A DNA stretch of 64,000 nucleotides, taken from the NCBI RefSeq assembly GCF_016097555.1, contig NW_024532772.1, positions 67,754 through 131,753 on the forward strand, given 5' to 3'. The position numbers and the translations under genes are program-made. Each line of letters begins with the position of its first letter. Position 1 is the first letter of the stretch. Source of the DNA: Gigantopelta aegis. Lineage: Eukaryota. Below are positions 1-11,266 of the stretch, in pieces. A model generated the notes under the pieces. The model was not told where the DNA came from. It did no database searches and saw only the letters and a program-made list of their open reading frames with translations.

Positions 1-120
1 ATAAAGTAAACGAGATTCCTCTTTTTTCCAGGGACGAGACTTGTACCGAGAGGAGAGTGGTGTTAACTGAGACCAGTCTCTGAGCTCTACAGTACCTCCA
101 TGAACTGTAGGAGAGAAAGG

Positions 121-150
121 GGGAGAGAGAGAGAGAGAGAAGGAGGAGGG
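121..150. repeat. (GA)n microsatellite
   Basis: gggagagagagagagagagaaggaggagg seen directly. Confidence 0.8.
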
Positions 151-289
151 TAAGAGAGCATGTACTAATGTTGTAACTAACATAGTGAACAAGAACATTC
201 CATTAGACAAAAATTTGTTCATACATGTGTGTACATACATTGTATGACACATCCCTTCCTTTCTTATATTAATATGAATTGACATTCAT

Positions 290-470
290 CCATCACTCTA
301 TCTATTTATACATTCATCAATTGATATCTCCATCCATCCATTCATCTATTCATCTACCCATCCATTCATCTATCCAGTAACCCATCCACCCATTCATCTA
401 CTCATCCATACATCCTGCATCTAATTCATCCATCTGTCCATCCATCCATCCAGTTATAGATACATCCCAT
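290..470. repeat. degenerate CATC/CATT (TGGA-like) satellite
   Basis: catccatccattcatctattcatctacccatcc repeated. The same motif recurs at 2560-2620, 3110-3130, 24200-24240, 44640-44660, 57870-57940, 58440-58510, 59940-59960 and 61200-61290. Confidence 0.7.
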
Positions 471-724
471 TAAAATTATGACCACAATAATAAATTTATT
501 AATTACTTTGAAATATTATAACATATCATAGCCAACTATCTCATACAATTGCTTAATAATGTGGTTTTGTAAGTTATGCAACTTTTCTGTAAACTACTAT
601 TAACCAACTAGTAAAAGCAACAAATAACTGACATTAGTAGCATAACAGCCATATTTACCAGTAGTTTAGATTGGTAATATAAATGTTGTTACAGATAAAA
701 ATAAGATTATTGAGATTAGATAAG

Positions 725-1200
725 GTCTAAACTAGTGAACATCAGTACTTATCACAGTGATCTAGGATAGCTACCATTAGTAATCTCTAGACTAGTGAAC
801 ATCAGTACTTACCACAGTGACCTAGGATAGCTACCATTAGTCAGCTCTAGACTAGTGAACATTAGTACTTTTACAGTGACCTAGGATAGCTACCATTAGT
901 AAGTTCTAGACTAGTGAACATCAGTATTTACCACAGTGACCTAGGATAGCTACCATTAGTCAGCTCTAGACTAGTGAACATTAGTATTTACCAGTGACCT
1001 AGGATAGCTACCATTAGTAAGTTCTAGACTAGTGAACATCAGTACTTACCACAGTGACCTAGGATAGCTACCATTAGTAAGCTCTAGACTAGTGAACATC
1101 AGTACTTACCACAGTGACCTAGGATAGCTAAGCTCTAGGCTAGTGAACATCAGTACTCACCAGTGACCTAGGATAGCTACCACTAGTAAGCTCTAGACAT
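725..1200 (+). repeat. tandem array of a ~60-bp unit (about 8 copies)
   Basis: The unit tagactagtgaacatcagtacttaccacagtgacctaggatagctaccattagtaagctc repeats head-to-tail. Confidence 0.9.
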
Positions 1201-1518
1201 TCACATTAGCAATTGTCCTATTAATGAACTATGAACTGGTGATATCACAACTAAACAAGTCACAATTTATGTAGTAAAGTTGCCACTTCATCATAAACCA
1301 GTTATTATATGGATACTGGAGGAATGTGTATTTACTGTATTACTTACTTTTGGGAAATAATTACCTGCTATATTAAAAAACAATAATATTATGTTATTAT
1401 TAGTTAATTCTATCTGTAGGATATATTATTATTAGAACTAGGACATTGTACTATCAATACTAAATTAGAACTGAATTATTACTCTAAACAATGTAGCCTA
1501 ATGGTAATTATGTGGTAA

Positions 1519-2075
1519 GTAGTGATGTTGACTAGTCTAGAGCTTACTAATGGTAGCTATCCTAGGTCACTGTGGTAAGTACTGATGTTCACTAGTCTAG
1601 AGCTTATTAATGGTAGCTATCCTAGATCACTGTGATAAGTACTGATGTTCATTAGTCTAGAGCTTACAAATGGTAGCTATCCTAGGTCACTGTGATAAGT
1701 ACTGATGTTCACTAGTCTAGAGCTTACTAATGGTAGCTATCCTAGATCACTGTGATAAGTACTGATGTTCACTAGTCTGGAGCACTGTGGTAAGTACTGA
1801 TGTTCACTAGTATAGAGCTTACTAATGGTAGCTATCTTAGGTCACTGTAGTAAGTACTGATGTTTACTAGTCTAGAGCTTACTAATGGTAGCTATCCTAC
1901 TGACGTTCACTAATCTAGAGCTTACTAATGGTAGCTATCTTAGGTCACTGTGGAAAGTAGTGATGTTCACTAGTCTAGAGCTTACTAATGATAGCTATCC
2001 TAGGTCACTGTAGTAAGTAGTGATGTTTATTAGTCTAGTCCAGAACTTACTAATAGTAGCTATCCTAAGTCAGAA
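1519..2075 (-). repeat. the same 60-bp unit in inverted orientation (about 9 copies)
   Basis: tagtctagagcttactaatggtagctatcctaggtcactgtggtaagtactgatgttcac is the exact reverse complement of the 725-1200 unit. Confidence 0.9.
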
Positions 2076-4075
2076 CCGATTGTTCATCTTATTAGTACTA
2101 TAATAGTTTTAATAATTAGATCATAAAAGTGACCACAACAAAAATCAGTCATTACCATATATGGTATAGTGCTTAAGATGTTATAGTGACAAATATTCTT
2201 AGTGATATATTCAATTTAATCCACCCTCACTATAGAAGAGTTATTAGATTACACATCTTCACATATCATCAAACCATATACCACCTATAACCTTTAATGG
2301 TAATACTTGTCTAGTTTACAGAGTATATCAATTGACCATCTGTTACATAAACAGGAGGATATATGGTCTATTAAAGGAGATATATATATATATACATCAT
2401 GTTTGTTGTCTCTACGTTAATTCATCCAATTATCAATATGTTAGAATTTGTCCATTGTCACAACATTATATTAAAAACAATTTCAATACAAATAGAATGT
2501 TAGTAAATTATGAATGGATGGACAGAGAAATTCAAATAAAATGATGAACAAAATTGATGTGTGGGTATTAAAATGGACAGACAGGATGGATGGATAAGTG
2601 GATAGACAAGCACACAAATGACAAGGGGATAAAACAGTAGATTCAAGAACACTACATATAGACCACATCATATTTACCACCTGCTACCTAACTCCACAAA
2701 ATCCCAAATGCACAATATAATAAAATTATATCACTTTATGTAGATATACATAACATATGTACATGTACATGGTATTAAGTGTTAATGCTACACTAGATGA
2801 CACATTGAGAGAACAGAAATAATTTAAACAGATGTGATCACATCAGCAGATAAACAGGAATAACTAACTAATTAATACACGTGGACTAATATGTACATTT
2901 AATTAAAGGAACAATATTAATTACATGTGTACCTTCAAATATTTTGGCAGTAATTGCGTAATAAAGTCTGTAAGCCTCCACACTCATTACGTAATATCAC
3001 AAGAAGATCTCGATCAATCAGGTCAGGTATTTCACAAAGATGTAATTTTCCTTTAAAAAAAAATTAAAATAAATTATTAGTTATAAAAACTGAGGGCATT
3101 ATCAGACTGTCATCTATCCATCCATCCATCCTCCCCCACTAAACTATTAAAACTATTAAACAAAATTATTCATTACAACACACACATACACACACACCAT
3201 AAAAGTGCTTTAGCAAAATCAATTTTTTGGCCAATGGAATGTACTCATTTGTAGTTCTTCTCAATAAAATGTACTACAATAACTGACATTAGTGTGCCAA
3301 AGAATGATCATTTCATGTTCAATACCATAAATATCTACTACATATAAAATGTACATATATCTTTTAATGGCTGAATAACTCCAAGAGTATGGCATGCATG
3401 TTGTATGTAGTGTGATTTTAACCATCAAAGGATCGAAGTTAATATTTGTTCTGAATAAATGACAATTATGTAATGGACAGTTGAACACTACAAATTAAAG
3501 ATGTCCATATTTAAAATAATTTAGCTGTTTTTTGATTTATAAGACTATATTATGTCACTATTATAATTAGTTGGCAGACCTAAGCAGTGTCAATTGGGGG
3601 TTAAAAACAGAATACAAGTCTGTTTTTAAAGCCAATGGACTCTCTAGGGAGATATTAATAAATACTATTATTGATTAATGTCTATATATAACATTGTGAA
3701 CTACACTGATGTAGTTCTAACTACATGTAACTATGGTGTATAAATTGTTTCAAATTAAAGGAGCATTGATTACTACCAAATTGAGAGCATGAAATAGCTT
3801 TGTAGGAGATTACAAAGTTAATGTATACAATTTGTGTACCTCCTCTGTTCCATAGTTTTACTTCTGTCTTGTCTTGTGATAGCTCTATCCATCTTGGTGG
3901 TCCTTCTAATAATGCCTTGGTAACTATGGTAATGATGTCCAATTGGACAGATCGATCCACTTGAGAACAATTTTTGACTACTTCTGTGGTAGGTCGAGGT
4001 TTGAAATGTTCAGCCCAAGGTTTAGGTAAAGTGGTGTCATCAGTCTTAGACTTTACCTCCTTAGGGAGTTGATTA

Positions 4076-4828
4076 CTAGGGGTTGTCCTCATTAGATAGG
4101 TGATTACTATGGGTTGTCTCATTAGATAGTTGATTACTATGGGTTGTCTCATTAGATAGTTGATTACTATGGGCTATCTCATTAAATAGTTGATTACTAG
4201 GGGCTGTCTCATTAAATAGCTGATTACTATGGGCTGTCTCATCAAATAGCTGATTACCATGGGCTGTCTCATCAAATAGCTGATTACTAGGTGTTATCTC
4301 ATCAGGTAGCTGATTAGTAGGGGTTGCCTCATTAGATAGTTGATTACTAGGTGTTATCTCATCAGGTAGCTGATTACCAAGGGTTCTCTCATCAGACAGT
4401 TGACTACTAGGTGTTATTTCATCAGGTAGATGATTAGTAGGGGTTGCCTCATTAAATGGCTGATTACTAGGTGTTATCTCATCAGGTAGCTGATTAGTAG
4501 GGGTTGCCTCATTAGATAGTTGATTACTAGGTATTATCTCATCAGGTAACTGATTACCAAGGGCTCTCTCATCAGACAGTTGACTACTAGGTGTTATTTC
4601 ATCAGGTAGATGATTAGTAGGGGTTGCCTCATTAGATAGTTGACTACTAGGTGTTGCAAGTAGTTGATTATAAGGTTCTTGGTTATCACATTTATCATTA
4701 GGTAGCTGATTACAATAGTTCACTTCATTTGGTTTCTCGCAAACAAACTGTTTACCACATCTACTATTGATAAATGCTTCTCTCTCTTCATCAATTCTCA
4801 GCTCGTCTTCAGGAGAATAATTTCTCAT
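4076..4828 (-). CDS. exon encoding a Ser/Thr/Pro-rich protein with about 10 copies of a 20-aa repeat (NQLPDEITPSNQLSNEATPT)
   Basis: 250-aa ORF over a 60-bp tandem DNA repeat. An acceptor-like ttttcag lies just upstream (minus strand) with a GTAAGT donor beyond it. Confidence 0.35.
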   Translation of the reverse strand: MRNYSPEDELRIDEEREAFINSRCGKQFVCEKPNEVNYCNQLPNDKCDNQEPYNQLLATPSSQLSNEATPTNHLPDEITPSSQLSDERALGNQLPDEIIPSNQLSNEATPTNQLPDEITPSNQPFNEATPTNHLPDEITPSSQLSDERTLGNQLPDEITPSNQLSNEATPTNQLPDEITPSNQLFDETAHGNQLFDETAHSNQLFNETAPSNQLFNEIAHSNQLSNETTHSNQLSNETTHSNHLSNEDNP

Positions 4829-4894
4829 CAGTCCAATCTGGCATACCTGAAAAAGAGAAGAAATACAACTTGCCTAAACAGATATAAACTTACT

Positions 4895-5002
4895 CTCTTA
4901 CTGGATGGTATTCTTAATGTGTCTTCCTCTACATGAAATCCCATCACATGACCAATTTCCCGTACATAATCTAGATAGCAACGATACTGACTTTGTGATG
5001 AT
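4895..5002 (-). CDS. possible upstream exon with a zinc-metalloprotease-like motif (YVREIGHVMGFHVEED)
   Basis: Minus-strand translation RTTSSQSQYRCYLDYVREIGHVMGFHVEEDTLRIPSSKR. It is flanked by the acceptor ttatctagttcag and the donor GTAAGT. Confidence 0.25.
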
Positions 5003-5029
5003 GTAGTCCGACTGAACTAGATAAAAATA

Positions 5030-5285
5030 ATCATTGTGGTAAATACTAGTATAGAGCTTATTAATGATAGGTCACTGTGGTAAGTACTGAAGTTTACTAG
5101 TCTAGAGCTTATTAATGATAGGTCACTGTGGTAAGTACTGAAGTTTACTAGTCTAGAGCTTACTAATAATAGGTCACTGTGGTAATTACTGATGTTTATC
5201 AATAGTCTAGAGTTTACTAACGGTAGTTATCCTAGGTTATTATGGTAAGTACTGATGTTCACTGATGTTCATTAGATTCTACTAA
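5030..5285 (-). repeat. dispersed partial copy of the same repeat family (3-4 units, 12-bp deletion variant)
   Basis: tagtctagagcttattaatgataggtcactgtggtaagtactgaagtttac repeated. ORF 5017-5202 is a translation of this repeat. Confidence 0.85.
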
Positions 5286-5534
5286 TGGAAGGAGCTAACT
5301 ACAATAAACATTATGTCATTGTTAAGACTACCACATAAAGTATGTAAGAAGAGCTTGTACACAATTACAAGTGTAACTTAATCCCAACCTTTTTATCAAA
5401 GTCATAAGCACAACATGGTAGAAACAAAATATCTTGTTTTATACGATGACCTAATGATATAACCATATATGGCATAATATGAGATTGTGTATTGTGTACA
5501 TAAAATAACTGAATGAAATTAATTATTAATTTCC

Positions 5535-5641
5535 TCCGATAACAAACAAATTTAAACTCATTATCAATCAAATGGTTTCTGTCCATAATAGTGTGTGCCA
5601 TCGCTTATACACATACCTGGCAGCCATAACCGGTATCCATG
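5535..5641 (-). CDS. candidate exon (LSLTPSSTTCFPEFDWLIGNHSDELTPWIPVMAA) ending at a GTATGT donor
   Basis: Minus-strand translation with a canonical donor. Possibly methyltransferase-like. It may belong to the same gene as 3721-5002. Confidence 0.2.
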
Positions 5642-6879
5642 GTGTTAGTTCATCACTATGGTTACCAATCAGCCAATCAAATTCGGGAAAGCATGTGGTG
5701 CTGGAAGGAGTGAGAGACAATACCTAATAGAAAAGCACTATAATACAGCAATAAACAATAATTTGTTGACTGTACTTCCAATCTTGCTGTTGGTTGTAAC
5801 AGCTGCCATATTTTTCGCATTCTCAAGTCAATACCTTTGCCATAATGCTAGGAGAGGATAAGTATCTTAAAGGCAGTATAATGCTAACATCAGTACTTAG
5901 TATAATATTATATGAACAGTAATAAAAGACGATTGTTTAATACATGATTTATCTGATCAAAGAGACATGGACTCAGACTTCATGTGGTGAGTATACAGAT
6001 CTTAATCCACAAAGAAAATGGGTATTGTCACAATGATTAGCATACTACATCTAGCAACAATATTGCTGTCAATGATGTTTTCTCTTCTCTATTGAGACAA
6101 TGCTATCTCTTATTGCTTCTCAAAACTATTGGAAAGCAGTTTTGCAGATAAATTTTAACCTGAAAGTGTCCCAAAAATCATATCATGTCAGTTGTTTACG
6201 CATGTCAGTTAAATAAGACCTCAAATGATGGGGGACTTACTCCTTCCGATGATAGAATATAAACCAATAAACCATTTCCACATCCTAGATCAATAAATGA
6301 CTGTTTCTCTTGTAAACCACACCTCTTTCGCTCGCTCCTCCTCCCATAAAACCTAATTAATTAACACAAAATAAAAATACTACATTGTTTAGTATTACCA
6401 ATAGATATGTTGCTATGGCGATATCCTCATAGACAAATTTATAAGGATCAGTTGACTCTGGCCAGTTCTAAAATAAGTGATAAGTAATAAATTAATATCT
6501 ATTATCACATACTTCAATTAACGAGGGTCCATATTTTGTTTTCATTTCTTTATAAAGGCTACTATAACGACCAGTAGGGACCACCTCCTCCTCAATTAAT
6601 GTGCTACTAGTGGGTGTAGCACTAGGTTCTTGATCTGCCCACTTACATATCTTTGTAACAGAACTGTTTGTAACCATTCTTTTTTAGGATGAGACACACT
6701 AATAGTTTTAGGATTGTTGTCCTGCTGGTCTGAAGGAGGTTGAAAGGATAGGTATATACTGGAAAAAGAGAGTAGCAGAAAAAACAATTATATAATGTAG
6801 AAAGTTATGTGAAGGATAAATAAATTAATGTTGTGAGTTAAAGAGAAAAAAAGATTAGAAATAGCAAATCAATGCATAG

Positions 6880-7045
6880 ATGGATAAGAATGTATAAATG
6901 GATGCATATGAATGTGTAAATGGATGCATAGGAATGAGTAAATGGATGCATAGGAATGATTAAATGGATGTATAGGAATGTGTAAATGGATGCATAGGAA
7001 TGAGTAAATGGATGCATAGGAATGAGTAAATGGATCAATAATAGG
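6880..7045. repeat. ~30-bp minisatellite x5 (aaatggatgcataggaatgagt)
   Basis: Direct tandem repetition. ORF 6838-7038 is its translation. Confidence 0.85.
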
Positions 7046-7249
7046 ATTATTGTAAGACTAGAGGTTTATAGTGAAAGAAGGTAAGTATAACATAGTGTTT
7101 CTAATATACCTGATTGAATTGTTTAACACACAATTGAACACACAAGTCATTTCTTATTTAATATAATAATAAATATAAACCTTGAATTTCCATCTTTATC
7201 TGTTACTATATGTTTAAATGAATAACTGGTGTATTCACTTTGAGGAATA

Positions 7250-7400
7250 AAGGGAGTAAATATTACTTCACCCCTATCATTATCTGTAATAACAAAATAA
7301 AACAAGAGTAAATATCACCTTGCCCCTATCATTATATGTGATAACAAAATTTAACAAAGAGTAAATATTATTTTTCTCTTATTAGAAGAGGGAATAAATG
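7250..7400. repeat. ~55-bp tandem repeat x3
   Basis: gagtaaatat...cccctatcattat...gtaataacaaaat repeated. Confidence 0.7.
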
Positions 7401-8126
7401 TTATCTCACTACTACATAATTTTAGAGCATGATCTTAAAGTTTTAGAATAAAAATAAAAACATTTTGGACACTCTAAATGTTATTGAACTATCTCAAATA
7501 AGTGAGTCATTTATAAAGTAAAATTTTTTGTCATATCCTCTAAATTTGTCAAATTAATCATTTGCAAGCATTCGTTTTCATCTTTAAAACTCACCTATGG
7601 ATTTGCTTAGCTATAATTTAGCAGGTGATTTTTTTAAAAAAAATACAAAACTATATTGTATAATGATGTATTAATAACATAATTGTGTCACATAATTGAT
7701 TTCTCATTGGAAAGTGTCACTATGAGAAGTTACAAATATAGTATATTGTATAGGACATACCAATACAAACCATTTCTTGTTCTGGCTCAAACATATTAGA
7801 TTTAGGTATCATTTCCCTTACAAAACATTTCTTGTGGGTGGAGACAATATGAGAGTCATCCTCAAAGTGTGATGAGGTGTTGTCTTTAATAACAGCGCAT
7901 AGGACGCGCTTGTTAATAACTTGAGGCCTCTTTATCCAACATAGAGAGCAGAGAGAAAGCTACAATAACTTGCTGTGCTGCTAGTCTTGGCCACACAGAA
8001 CCATTTCATCACATCCAGCCGCCATGTGACTCCACCTGCTACAAGAATTACGGATGTGTACGGAAACATTCTGAAATTTTGTACAGAAATACAATGCGAG
8101 AAAACAGCTCCGTATACTTAAGGGCC

Positions 8127-8858
8127 ATGGACAAAATGATATTGACTTTCATACTAATACTTTCCATTGGAGCAGTGCTTTGTGACAAACCTGACTACAA
8201 AGATGACATCATTGACACACCAATCTTCAATGTCACTAACTCTGAAGCTAAGAAACCCAATCCAGTACCAGAAGACAAACATCAGACCCAACCCACAAAA
8301 CAACCCCTTCCAGAATATTACAACCCTCCTTTTGATCCTGAGAACCCATCAGAACCATTATTTACAAAGTCAGGGGCTCGTCTTATAACAATCAATGAAC
8401 TATCCGCACATGGTAGTGTTAATGGTACCTTACGTCCAATATGGCTGGCAGTAATGGGGCGTGTCTACGATGTAGAAAAAAGGCTATGATAGCCATTATG
8501 GTCCAAAAGGAGGATACAATTTTTTCACTGGACGTGACGGATCAAAAGCTTTTGTTACTGGAAAATTTGATGATGAAGGCCTCACAGACGATGTCTCAGA
8601 ATTAACACCTATACAACTCAAAGATATTGAGGACTGGATACACTTTTATGACAAGGACTACACATATGTTGGTAAACTTATAGGACGTTACTATGACAAA
8701 ACAGGAAACCCTACCAAAGAATTGTACAAATATCAGAGGAATCTGGCTAAAGCTGAAGAGATCAAAGCAGAGCAGCAAGCCCAAGAAAAGCAGTTCCCTC
8801 CTTGTAATTCCCGTTACACACCTGCTGAAGGAGGATTAGTCTACTGTTCTACAAATAG
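8127..8858 (+). CDS. CYB5D2: neuferricin / cytochrome b5 domain-containing protein 2 homolog, exon 1 (signal peptide + cyt-b5-like heme domain). Carries a 1-nt frameshift in an A6 run at 8476-8481
   Basis: MDKMILTFILILSIGAVLC signal peptide, then ...LRPIWLAVMGRVYDVEK / GYDSHYGPKGGYNFFTGRDGSKAFVTGKFDDEGLTDDVSELTPIQLKDIEDWIHFYDKDYTYVGKLIGRYY. The family motif reads only if one A is removed from the run. GT donor at 8859. Confidence 0.75.
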
Positions 8859-8920
8859 GTATATACTGTATTAATAACTACTTATAACAAGTTAACCACA
8901 CCCATTAATTTCCTCTTTAG

Positions 8921-9107
8921 TGGTGGTATTCAACGAGACTGGGAGGGACTTCCTCGAAGGTATTTCATTCCTGGTACAAAGGACTGGTGTTGTGCTTGTG
9001 TTAATGACAAAGACTTAGACAATCCTCACATTAAATTGTATCCTGGGTGTGCACCTAATGCTCCTAAATGCAAAGTCGATAAACAAAAAATGAGAGAGGA
9101 ACTCTGA
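8921..9107 (+). CDS. CYB5D2: neuferricin homolog exon 2 (C-terminal Cys-rich tail, stop at 9105-9107)
   Basis: Acceptor tcctctttag at 8911-8920. The phase-2 junction gives ...STN-S-GGIQRDWEGLPRRYFIPGTKDWCCACVNDKDLDNPHIKLYPGCAPNAPKCKVDKQKMREEL*. Confidence 0.65.
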
Positions 9108-9454
9108 AACTAAATATCATTGTATTAATGCTATTTATATGCTGCTGCTGTTTATAATGCAATTTCATTTAGGTTGGATAGTACAACCACAATAGTTGTC
9201 CGATATTCTTTCAATTTTTTGATGCAATTTCAATATCAAAATTGTGATAGTTTTCTCAAATAAGATAGTAATTAACATCATACAAGACTGACAGTGTATA
9301 CAAATAATATCTAAAAAGCCTTTGTTATATGAAGAACAAAATATAATAAGTGATAGTAGAAATAATAATGAACATACCCTAACTAAATGATATTATATAA
9401 TAGGTAATTATTACCTATTGTGTTAGCCAGGGATGAGACTTTATAATTTCTCTA

Positions 9455-9629
9455 CTCCTTTCTCCATAATCATATTGTAATTCTTCTCCAGGTGTTATGT
9501 TTCTTGTGGCCATGAGACAAAGGTATGGATGGTCGTCTACTGGAATTAATTTTGTTGTTACGTTTGCTGATGTTTTTGCTGTGGTTTAAAAGACGTCCAA
9601 ATCTTCCATTATCTTTTGTTGCATCAACA
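9455..9629 (-). CDS. KMT5A: KMT5A (SET8/PR-Set7)-like histone H4K20 methyltransferase, last exon (SET C-terminus). Frameshift at an A5 run near 9575
   Basis: VDATKDNGRFGRLLNHSK / TSANVTTKLIPVDDHPYLCLMATRNITPGEELQYDYGERSREIIKSHPWLTQ* closely matches the SET8 C-terminus ...RLINHSK..GEELLYDYGDRSKASIEAHPWLKH*. The two halves are in different frames. Confidence 0.8.
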
Positions 9630-9893
9630 CTAAAAATAAATAAAACATACTATACTAAATCTAGTATTTGAAACCAATTCCTATATGATAGTTTAGGAAT
9701 GAGGCTCCTTGATATATTGTAGACTCATTCCAAACCATTTTCCATTCTATTTATGCAAAAATTGTCATTTCACTATGTTAAGTTTCATACTGAATTGATA
9801 TTCCGGGAATGAGGTTGTTACAAGACCTTTAAATGTAGAGACTCACTCCCAGGCTCACAATCCAGCATGAAAGTATAAGAATGAATATATTAC

Positions 9894-10097
9894 CATAGTT
9901 TTTTATTCTTGTATTCAAAGTAGTACATATAACAGCCAATGGAAGTATCTCTCTCATAATCTTCCTCTCTCTTCTTTTGCCTCCTCAAAAAAGATACCAA
10001 TTCTCCAGAATACTCACAAACCAGTTCACCTTTTGAGAATGGTCTTGTAGCTACTACACCTCTCCCTTTACCTTCAACATCAACAGCCTATATATTG
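9894..10097 (-). CDS. KMT5A: KMT5A-like exon (SET domain N-terminal half)
   Basis: AVDVEGKGRGVVATRPFSKGELVCEYSGELVSFLRRQKKREEDYERDTSIGCYMYYFEYKNKKLC. Flanked by acceptor atatatag and donor GTAATA. Confidence 0.75.
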
Positions 10098-10265
10098 TAC
10101 ATTTATAATACATGTACATAGTAATTGTTGTATAAGGCCTTTAACACTGGTGTACAAAGGTACATACAATTTGTTATCTACTGGCTACTAAAAATAGAAT
10201 GATACTATTTATAGAACAACATAACCATCATGAAGCATAGTATAACACGATATAATGTCACTAAC

Positions 10266-10325
10266 TTCTAGTCCATCCTCAATTTTGTTCTTTAATTTGT
10301 AGACCACATGTTCAAACTTCTCTGT
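10266..10325 (-). CDS. KMT5A: KMT5A-like 60-bp exon
   Basis: TEKFEHVVYKLKNKIEDGLE between acceptor ttattaatag and donor GTTAGT. Confidence 0.6.
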
Positions 10326-10364
10326 CTATTAATAAGATAATGAATGTACATTACTCTCTGTCTG

Positions 10365-10374
10365 TCTGTGTCTT

Positions 10375-10407
<33 letters not shown>

Positions 10408-10420
10408 TTCTCTTACTTCA
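10365..10420. repeat. (CT)n/(CA)n compound microsatellite in a KMT5A intron
   Basis: ctctctctctctcacacacacacacacaca. Confidence 0.85.
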
Positions 10421-10489
10421 ATGTCTGATTTACATCTTCTTGTACTTCTTCTAACTGGAAAATGATCTCTTATACTTTGCTGTACAACT
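10417..10489 (-). CDS. KMT5A: KMT5A-like exon
   Basis: RVVQQSIRDHFPVRRSTRRCKSDIE matches SET8 ...KLTDFYPVRRSSRKSKAELQ. Donor GTAAGA. Confidence 0.65.
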
Positions 10490-10592
10490 CTATTATAAGT
10501 TAAGACAATATGCTATAATATTTTGAACAAACTTGTTAATAATAACTATGAAATATTTGATATAGTAAACTATATTTGATATAACAGATTGC

Positions 10593-10594
10593 TG

Positions 10595-10625
<31 letters not shown>

Positions 10626-10640
10626 TATATATATAACAGT
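10593..10640. repeat. (AT)n microsatellite
   Basis: atatatatatatatatatatat. Confidence 0.85.
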
Positions 10641-10707
10641 AGTATTAGCAGGGGTCTATGATTTCAAGGATCTCATTAAGTGATTGGGCAGTTGGAGTAA
10701 TATTTAC

Positions 10708-11177
10708 CTTCTCTGTGGTTTTGTCTGATCATCTTTCTTGGGTATTGCTGCCTGTGCTTTTTGTTTTGGTCTCTCTCTACGACTACGAACACTAGATGAA
10801 GGTTGGATCGTTGATGATGGCAATGTCTTCTTAGTGTGAGGTATGTCTTTTTGTTTCTCTTGTCCTGTTTTCCTGGTAACTATAGCAACGTCTGTTGATG
10901 ATGGCAACGTCTTCTTAGTGTGGGGTATGTCTTTTCGTTTCTCTTGTCCTGTTTTCCTGGTAACTATAGCAACATCTTTATCAGATAAGGTTAAATCAAT
11001 CACAGTTTCAGTTTCAGATTTCTTTTCAATTGAAGCAGCTGCTACTGGTTGTCTGTCTGTCTCCTTCTCCTCGGAGATCATGATACATTCACCTGTTGTT
11101 GATTTTTTAGAGGAACATGGCACATCATCTTGGAGTGTGTCTTTAGTTGTGTCCTGATGTTTAGTAGAGCCAGACAT
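10708..11177 (-). CDS. KMT5A: KMT5A-like first coding exon (basic, low-complexity N-terminus) with an internal 84-bp tandem duplication
   Basis: ORF MSGSTKHQDTT...KPQRR ending at a GTAAAT donor. DVAIVTRKTGQEK(R/Q)KDIPHTKKTLPSST occurs twice. Confidence 0.65.
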
Positions 11178-11266
11178 TCTTATTATCCTTTAAAGAGACC
11201 CGCCTAAAATTATTAATTATTATTAAAACCACGCCTTTTAAATAATTAGAGAAGGGCGTGGTTTTG
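11178..11266. promoter_or_regulatory. 89-bp head-to-head intergenic region (putative bidirectional promoter) with an 11-bp inverted repeat AAAACCACGCC(N19)GGCGTGGTTTT
   Basis: The minus-strand KMT5A-like ATG is at 11175-11177 and the plus-strand dehydrogenase ATG at 11267. IR arms at 11225-11235 and 11255-11265, plus gacccgcc at 11204-11211. Confidence 0.5.

Larger units (their letters stand above)
720..2075. mobile_element. foldback-like element: two inverted tandem-repeat arms flanking a ~320-bp AT-rich core
   Basis: The arms at 725-1200 and 1519-2075 are mutually reverse-complementary arrays. This architecture matches Foldback (FB)-type transposons. I found no coding capacity. Confidence 0.5.

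Noticed and set aside
720-2075. The regular 60-bp direct repeats could be taken for a CRISPR array
   Set aside because: The units abut with no unique spacers and the second block is their inverse complement. The context is a eukaryotic intron-containing genome with no cas-like ORFs.
10843-11157. Plus-strand ORF 10843-11157 (104 aa) and minus ORFs 11333-11569 and 14915-15124
   Set aside because: They are antisense shadows of the KMT5A-like exon 1 and of the two dehydrogenase copies. Their composition is low-complexity and no motifs were found.
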